33,708 nucleotides of DNA from contig JAYNIA010000009.1 of the NCBI GenBank assembly GCA_038108555.1, positions 1 through 33,708 of the forward strand. Direction: 5' to 3'. Made by a program: the position numbers and the translations under genes. The notes under the pieces are model-generated. The model saw only the letters and a list, made by a program, of their open reading frames with translations, was not told the origin of the DNA and ran no database searches. Numbering within the stretch: the stretch's first letter is position 1; each line of letters begins with the position of its first letter. Positions 28,080 through 33,708 of this stretch are shown piece by piece. Origin of the DNA: Nitrospinota bacterium. GTDB taxonomy: Bacteria; Nitrospinota; Nitrospinia; Nitrospinales; VA-1.

Positions 28080-28952
28080 ATGGTAGAACCCACTGTCTAC
28101 ATAAACGGGTTATTCATGCCGCTTAGCAAGGCAAAAATCTCCATACTTGACAGGGGGTTTTGCTATGGTGATGGCCTGTTTGAAACCTTGCGCGTGAATA
28201 AAGGGAAAATATTTTGTTTGGAACGGCATATCGACAGATTATTTGACTCAATGTCTAAAGTTCTAATTGACCTGCCTATGACACGAATGGAGTTAACAAA
28301 AGTCGTTCAGGATACACTGGCCAGAAATAAATTTAAAAATGCGATAATTCGATTGGCAGTAACCCGTGGGGATACACACTCTCATATCCAAATAGATCCT
28401 GACCTTCCCCCTACCCTGGTAATAAATATTCGACCTTTCACCCCACTCCCGAAATCAGTTTACAAGAAAGGGGCGAGCATCATGCTGTTCAGGGAAAGGG
28501 CCAATATCACGAATGGTCTGAAACACCGCCTAAAAACTTCCAATTACTTGTCGAATATCCTGATTAGGGAGCAGTCGGAGAAGAAAAATTTTATGGAAGG
28601 CGTGGTGGTGGATCCGGAATTTGGAGTTACCGAAGGAACAACAAGCAATATTTTCATTGTGGAAAAGGGCCTGATAAAAACCCCTCCTTTAAGCCCTTAT
28701 GTGTTGGCAGGTGTCACCCGACAGGTGATATTGGAAATTGCCCGTGAAAATAAAATTCCTTTTTTAGAAGAAAGAATAACTTTGGACGATTTGTTGAATG
28801 CCGACGAGGTTTTTATTACAAATAGTGGCATTGAAATTGTTCCTGTGATTCAGGTGGATTCAAAGTATATCGGAAATAAAAAACCCGGAATATTAACGAG
28901 ATTTATCCATGATGAATTCTTAAAATGCGTTGAAGCCTATAAAAATCCATGA
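28080..28952 (+). CDS. pabC: PLP-dependent class IV aminotransferase, probably aminodeoxychorismate lyase
   Basis: DRGFCYGDGLFETLR, HIDRL, PLP lysine in LKTSNYL, EGTTSNIF, LAGVTR, ADEVFITNS. Symbol rests on adjacency to pabB. Confidence 0.7.
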   Translation: MVEPTVYINGLFMPLSKAKISILDRGFCYGDGLFETLRVNKGKIFCLERHIDRLFDSMSKVLIDLPMTRMELTKVVQDTLARNKFKNAIIRLAVTRGDTHSHIQIDPDLPPTLVINIRPFTPLPKSVYKKGASIMLFRERANITNGLKHRLKTSNYLSNILIREQSEKKNFMEGVVVDPEFGVTEGTTSNIFIVEKGLIKTPPLSPYVLAGVTRQVILEIARENKIPFLEERITLDDLLNADEVFITNSGIEIVPVIQVDSKYIGNKKPGILTRFIHDEFLKCVEAYKNP

Positions 28953-28996
28953 TAATTTCTATTCTTATTTTTTAACTTAAGGGATGGAATGATTTA

Positions 28997-29422
28997 ATGA
29001 CAGAATCAAATCGATTTCAAGATAACTCCTCTGGAGTGATTACAGATAATAAACATAAGAAATACTGGTTACCTAAAGACTCCTGGGGCGATTTGGGTCA
29101 ATGGAGAAACTATGAGGAAGCCCTGGGGTACGCGCGTCTTATGAACCAGGTTTATGCAGGGGGGTATAGTGATTGGCGGCTTCCCACAAAAGAAGAAGCA
29201 GAAGGACTCTATGATCTTTCCTGTGATTCGATTGATTGGCAAGATGAAGTGGTTCATATTTCCACCCTGTTTGTAACCAAATGCTCGAATTATATTTGGA
29301 CCAGTGACAAGGACGAAAACCAGAACGTCTGCAGGATTAATCTGAGAAATAAAGAAACGGAATATATTGACCCCAATACCCGCGAGCATCAAGCTGCCAG
29401 ACTGGTCCGGGATATTTCATAA
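28997..29422 (+). CDS. DUF1566 (Lcl C-terminal) domain protein
   Basis: RFQDNSSGVITD, GGYSDWRLPTKEE, YIWTS, ARLVR. Confidence 0.85.
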   Translation: MTESNRFQDNSSGVITDNKHKKYWLPKDSWGDLGQWRNYEEALGYARLMNQVYAGGYSDWRLPTKEEAEGLYDLSCDSIDWQDEVVHISTLFVTKCSNYIWTSDKDENQNVCRINLRNKETEYIDPNTREHQAARLVRDIS

Positions 29423-29432
29423 AAGAATTCTT

Positions 29433-29825
29433 TTACCAGGATTCCCAAACTTTTTGCCAGAAGGTCTTGGTGTCCAATTTTTCGTAGCCTCCCTCTTGAT
29501 AATTTTCACCCGATACCGTTTTTTCTTTTGATTCCTCGCAATCGCTGGATACGATCATCACATCCGCATGCTTGGTTTTTTCGAATCCATTGAACAAAGT
29601 CCCATTCAAACTGGGGTTCGAGTTTAGAGGAATTATGCGAGCTGTCCTCATTTTTTTTGGGGGATCATGGAGATCAATGCATAATCCTTTATTATCCACC
29701 CAAAGCTCAACATCCGGTTCTTCTTTTATTCCTGTAGCAATGATTTTATCATCGACCCGAACTGCATGTACCGGTCCAACGGAGCCTTTTATCCAAACTT
29801 TTCCAGTATCATTTATCTCTGCCAT
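29433..29825 (-). CDS. Hypothetical protein
   Basis: 130-aa ORF with ATG start that fills the gap between flanking genes. Normal globular composition, no recognised motif. Confidence 0.65.
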   Translation of the reverse strand: MAEINDTGKVWIKGSVGPVHAVRVDDKIIATGIKEEPDVELWVDNKGLCIDLHDPPKKMRTARIIPLNSNPSLNGTLFNGFEKTKHADVMIVSSDCEESKEKTVSGENYQEGGYEKLDTKTFWQKVWESW

Positions 29826-29910
29826 TTTTCCCGTCTCATTCAGCGGATCCTTTGACTTAAATGCCGATTTATACCATAATTTGTTTTTACAAACCCACCA
29901 GCGAAATTAA

Positions 29911-31044
29911 TTGATAAAAAAATTTACCAACCGCTTGAATGAAGAGCTAGAGGGTCGCAAGGAAAGGCACCTTCATCGAGAAGTGAGGTTGTATAATAAC
30001 TATAAGCACAACCTGGCTTCCAACGACTATTTTCAGCTACGGTTTCATCCCAAGGTAGTTTCAGGGGCCCAAAAAGCTTGTGAAGAATATGGTTCCGGTA
30101 GTGGGGCCTCCCCTCTTCTATCGGGGCATTTACCCTGTCATCACGAATTATTGCAGGAAATACTTGATTGGAAGCAAAAACCCTTTGGGATGCTTTTTAA
30201 TTCAGGTTTTGTAGCGAATCAATCCATATTAAAACATCTTCCTGGAAAAAATGATTTAGTTCTAGCAGACAGGCTCATCCACCATTCACTGGCCCAGGCG
30301 TTATTGAGTTGCCCTGCAAAATTCAAACGGTACAACCATTTGGATTTAGATGCACTGGAATCCCTTTTACAGAAAAATCAAAATAATTACGACTCTATTT
30401 TTGTAATTTCTGAAAGTGTTTTCAGTATGGATGGCGATTATCCAGACTTGAAAAAGCTTGTGGCTCTGAAAAAATTATATCCCTTTGTTTTGGTGCTGGA
30501 TGAAGCTCATGGAACAGGTATTTTTGGGGGTAATGGAGGTGGGTTGGCAGAAGAAATGGGTGTGTTGCCTGAAATAGACATTCTTGTGGGTACCCTGGGA
30601 AAATCACTTGCAAGTATGGGAGCTTATGTATTAACAAACGAACAATGCATCATTGACTATTTAACCAATGAGGCCGGTGAATATATTTATTCTACCTTCC
30701 TAACCCCCTCCCAGGCAGGAGCCGCTTTGGAAGCCATTAAATTGATACAAAATTACGCAGAGAAAAGGGTTAAATTGCGGGAATTATCCAAATATATTAG
30801 AAAAGAATTGAATCAACCCAACTCCGACTTTGAATCGCCGATTGTTCCTGTGATTATAGGAGATCCTCAATCAACTTTGGAACTGAGGGATAAATTACTG
30901 GAAAATGGAATACTGACCGGTGCGGTTCGGCCACCCACCGTTCCTGCGGATACTTCCCGGTTAAGAATTTCTCTGCATTCGGAAGTAAATAAACTTGTTG
31001 TCGATGAAATATTGAATATGATTGGTTCATGGAGAAAAAGCTGA
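29911..31044 (+). CDS. bioF: 8-amino-7-oxononanoate synthase
   Basis: NLASNDY, GSGASPLLSGH, FNSGFVAN, ESVFSMDGD, DEAH, GTLGKS (PLP Lys), RPPTVP..SRLRISL. Confidence 0.92.
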   Translation: MIKKFTNRLNEELEGRKERHLHREVRLYNNYKHNLASNDYFQLRFHPKVVSGAQKACEEYGSGSGASPLLSGHLPCHHELLQEILDWKQKPFGMLFNSGFVANQSILKHLPGKNDLVLADRLIHHSLAQALLSCPAKFKRYNHLDLDALESLLQKNQNNYDSIFVISESVFSMDGDYPDLKKLVALKKLYPFVLVLDEAHGTGIFGGNGGGLAEEMGVLPEIDILVGTLGKSLASMGAYVLTNEQCIIDYLTNEAGEYIYSTFLTPSQAGAALEAIKLIQNYAEKRVKLRELSKYIRKELNQPNSDFESPIVPVIIGDPQSTLELRDKLLENGILTGAVRPPTVPADTSRLRISLHSEVNKLVVDEILNMIGSWRKS

Positions 31045-31685
31045 CAATAACAGCCATATCCGGTTGGGCCGTTCCGGAATCATGGTATGCGGAGCAAATA
31101 CAAACTGCCTTCCCCGATTCCGATATTAATATTGTCTATCCCAAGCAACCTGAAGATAGCCGGGAGGCAAAAGAAATCCTTGATCGATTTCAATCCCAGC
31201 TTTATATCGGATACTCCCTGGGAAGCCTGTGGCTTTTAAAATATCAAAGTTATTTGCCCAAAAATTGCCTGAAGGCCCTCTTGGCGCCAATATTGGCATT
31301 TCTAAACAATGCCGATTTGGGAGGGAAAACCTCTAAATCGCAATTAGAATATTTAATTAAAATTTTGGCCCGGAACTCCAACCAAACAGAGGTTTTAAGG
31401 GATTTTTTCTTTCATGCAAATTTGCCTTATCCCGAAACCCATATGCAGGAGATAAAAGACAAAAATATCCTGATAAATGGTTTGGAATTCCTGAAAAATT
31501 CCTCAGTCAGTGGCAAAGAAACTAATGATTTTTTGTCGATTATAGGAGAAAATGATATTTTTGTGGATGCAGAAGCTTTAAAAAGGCATATTCCACATTT
31601 GGAAATCATAAGGGATGTGGGACATTCACCCATACCTCTATTGAACCAATTGGCTAAAACCTTGAAGAAAAAAGAAACTATTTAG
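31029..31685 (+). CDS. Alpha/beta hydrolase, candidate pimeloyl-ACP methyl ester esterase (BioH-like)
   Basis: SGWA oxyanion-like motif, GYSLG nucleophile, GEND acid, GHS histidine. Overlaps bioF by 16 bp. Confidence 0.7.
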   Translation: MEKKLTITAISGWAVPESWYAEQIQTAFPDSDINIVYPKQPEDSREAKEILDRFQSQLYIGYSLGSLWLLKYQSYLPKNCLKALLAPILAFLNNADLGGKTSKSQLEYLIKILARNSNQTEVLRDFFFHANLPYPETHMQEIKDKNILINGLEFLKNSSVSGKETNDFLSIIGENDIFVDAEALKRHIPHLEIIRDVGHSPIPLLNQLAKTLKKKETI

Positions 31686-31690
31686 TTTTA

Positions 31691-33708
31691 ATGAAAATCT
31701 TTGGAATAAATTTTATTGAGAATCCCAGTCCCAAAAACCCAATATCTATTGCGGTTTGCGATTTTAAAAAAAATCATGGGCTATCGATTCACAAAGTCGA
31801 AACTTATGACACTCTTCAAGAGTTCGAGACCTTTTTAAAACAAAAGGGTCCCTGGTTTGCCGGAGTCAATTTTCCTCTTGGTCAACCCAAACAGTTTCTT
31901 GAAAAAATGTCATTATCAAATGGCTGGGATAAAAATATAAAAGAAATCCAGAAATGGAAAAAGGCCGGGTTTGAAAAAAAGGTCAAACAGTATGCAAAAA
32001 AACTTCCGAAAGGAACAAAAATCCCCCTGCGAATTACTGATATTTTTGCTGGAGGAGATAGTCCCTTAAAAAGCACAGGAAGCCATTCCTTGCATCGCTT
32101 CTTTGAAGGTACCGAATGTCTGCTTAAATCTGGTGTTTCAATTTTTCCCTGTTTTCCCAGAAAAACGAATCGAGTTGTTATAGAAACCTTGCCCTCGCTG
32201 GTTGCCGGGCGATTCATGGTTCAGGAAGCCAATAGAAAAAAGAAAAAATCGGATTCGGAGAATATTCATAAAGAAGTTATAAAAGGATTGGAAACTCCGG
32301 AATTCGAGCATGACTTCGATTTCAAATTATTTATTGATGACACCTTAAAGCTAAAATGTATTGAGGACGCAAAAGGACGGTCGCTGGATGCCATTTTAAG
32401 TGCCGTTCAAACTGCCTGGTCCTACAATATGGGGAAACCCAATTATGGAATTCCTGATCTCCAACATCCCAGTATTAAATCTGAAGGTTGGATCATTGAT
32501 CCCAGTTTGGTTAATGGTATTGCCAAATCCAGGAACCAGTTAGGCAGTGAACTGGCTGAATTCATTCAAAAAGGAGGATTGGATTCAAAAAGGTCCTTCA
32601 ATCTGATGGGCCATATTCAAAGGCTATCCAATATTGGACGAGCCCTCTCAGGTGAGCGGAACCTGAATGCTTTACTTGAAATTATAGTTAATGAAGCAAG
32701 AAGCCTCACCTATGCCGATGGAGGAACGCTTTATATCCTCGAAGATGGTGTTTTAAATTTTAAAATCGTACAGAATGAATCCCTGAATATTTTTATGGGT
32801 GGTACAACCGGTAAGGAGATTACGTTTCCTCCGGTGGCTTTGAAAGAATCAAATGTATCTGCCTATGTGGCTATAAAGAATATCTCCGTTAATATTCCTG
32901 ATGTCTATAACTATGAACCATTCGACTTCACGGGCCCTAAAAAATTCGATGAAAAGACCGGTTACCGAACTCGGTCTATGCTGGTGGTACCTCTCACCAA
33001 CCATGAAGATGTGGTTATTGGAGTTTTGCAACTACTGAATGCAAGGGATGTAAAGGACAAAAAAAGGGTGATCCCCTTCTCTCCAGATTACGAAAGCCTC
33101 GTTGAATCATTGGCATCACAGGCGGCTGTAGCTGTAAGTAATACTTCCCTTATTAATGAGTTGAAATCTGCACATCAGACCTTAATTGTTGCCCGTGACA
33201 AATCTGAGGAAGCCAACCGTGCAAAAAGTAATTTTCTTGCAAATATGAGTCATGAACTGCGTACTCCAATGAACGCCATAATCGGATACAGTGAAATGTT
33301 GTTGGAGGATGCTAAAGAGGAAGGACTTGATGATTTTGAAGAAGACCTTGGAAAAATACGATCCTCGGGAAAACATTTATTGGGGCTTATCAACGAAATT
33401 CTGGATCTTTCTAAAATTGAAGCAGGGAAAATGGATATCGTCCTTGAAAGTTTCGATATTTATAAACTGGTTAAAGAAGTGGAAGCCACGATTCATCCCC
33501 TTGCAGAAAAAAATTCCAATAAGTTGATAATAGATTGCCCCGAAAACGTAGGCACCATGGACGCCGATGAAACCCGGGTTCGGCAAATGCTGCACAATTT
33601 ATTAAGCAACTCATGCAAATTTACAGAAAATGGGACCGTAACCCTCAGAGTTTATCTGGATAACAGAGATGATATCGACTGGGTCAATTTTGCAATTATC
33701 GATACCGG
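31691..33708 (+). CDS. Soluble sensor histidine kinase: DUF429-like domain + GAF + HisKA + HATPase (3'-truncated by window)
   Basis: Missing from the ORF track. Translated by hand it is open from ATG 31691 to the end (672 codons). [36 protein letters not shown]-box [18 protein letters not shown] (His codon 33251), N-box [11 protein letters not shown]1 box beginning DTG at the window end. Confidence 0.9.
   Translation, partial: MKIFGINFIENPSPKNPISIAVCDFKKNHGLSIHKVETYDTLQEFETFLKQKGPWFAGVNFPLGQPKQFLEKMSLSNGWDKNIKEIQKWKKAGFEKKVKQYAKKLPKGTKIPLRITDIFAGGDSPLKSTGSHSLHRFFEGTECLLKSGVSIFPCFPRKTNRVVIETLPSLVAGRFMVQEANRKKKKSDSENIHKEVIKGLETPEFEHDFDFKLFIDDTLKLKCIEDAKGRSLDAILSAVQTAWSYNMGKPNYGIPDLQHPSIKSEGWIIDPSLVNGIAKSRNQLGSELAEFIQKGGLDSKRSFNLMGHIQRLSNIGRALSGERNLNALLEIIVNEARSLTYADGGTLYILEDGVLNFKIVQNESLNIFMGGTTGKEITFPPVALKESNVSAYVAIKNISVNIPDVYNYEPFDFTGPKKFDEKTGYRTRSMLVVPLTNHEDVVIGVLQLLNARDVKDKKRVIPFSPDYESLVESLASQAAVAVSNTSLINELKSAHQTLIVARDKSEEANRAKSNFLANMSHELRTPMNAIIGYSEMLLEDAKEEGLDDFEEDLGKIRSSGKHLLGLINEILDLSKIEAGKMDIVLESFDIYKLVKEVEATIHPLAEKNSNKLIIDCPENVGTMDADETRVRQMLHNLLSNSCKFTENGTVTLRVYLDNRDDIDWVNFAIIDT

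Noticed and set aside
5972..29422. DUF1566 C-lectin-fold proteins as diversity-generating retroelement targets
   Set aside because: No reverse transcriptase, and no near-identical template/variable repeat pair differing at adenines was seen.
2342..31633. The many 60-135 aa ORFs nested in or antisense to recognised genes
   Set aside because: No motifs, and they overlap well-supported CDSs, so treated as shadow ORFs.
31882..33595. Five short ORFs listed in the track at the end of the window
   Set aside because: All are antisense or out-of-frame overlaps of the long kinase ORF, which the track missed because it has no stop in the window.
1..33708. CRISPR arrays, tRNA/rRNA, IS elements, prophage or defence genes
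   Set aside because: No regularly spaced repeats, cloverleafs, transposase/integrase motifs or terminal inverted repeats were seen by eye. Intergenic spaces are short.

Overview
Bacterial chromosomal window, densely coding, moderately AT-rich, with no rRNA, tRNA, CRISPR array or mobile-element genes that I can support. The repertoire (LRR protein, paired DUF1566 proteins, short flagellin, split transketolase, many CBS proteins) reminds me of Nitrospina-like marine bacteria, but that is inference only. In order: the 3' end of a class III adenylate cyclase; a TpsB/M48 peptidase/amino-acid dehydrogenase operon; nadC with a divergent IscU-like gene and a CBS protein; a DUF1538x2/PII-like/CBS putative transporter operon; fliC-flgM with a sigma28-like promoter and GGA-loop hairpins in the leader; copZ; ubiE-htrA; DJ-1; phzF-like/asnB; an AT-rich islet holding an amber-interrupted membrane gene and a lipoprotein; split transketolase; a MerR-HTH/receiver protein; a TolC-MacAB-type exporter; pabB-pabC; bioF with a BioH-like esterase. 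The window ends in an ORF missing from the supplied track (31691 to the window end). It fuses a DUF429-like (RNase H-fold predicted nuclease) domain, apparently catalytically dead, to a GAF domain and a histidine kinase, and is the best candidate for an undescribed system. All family assignments come from motif recognition and memory, not database searches.
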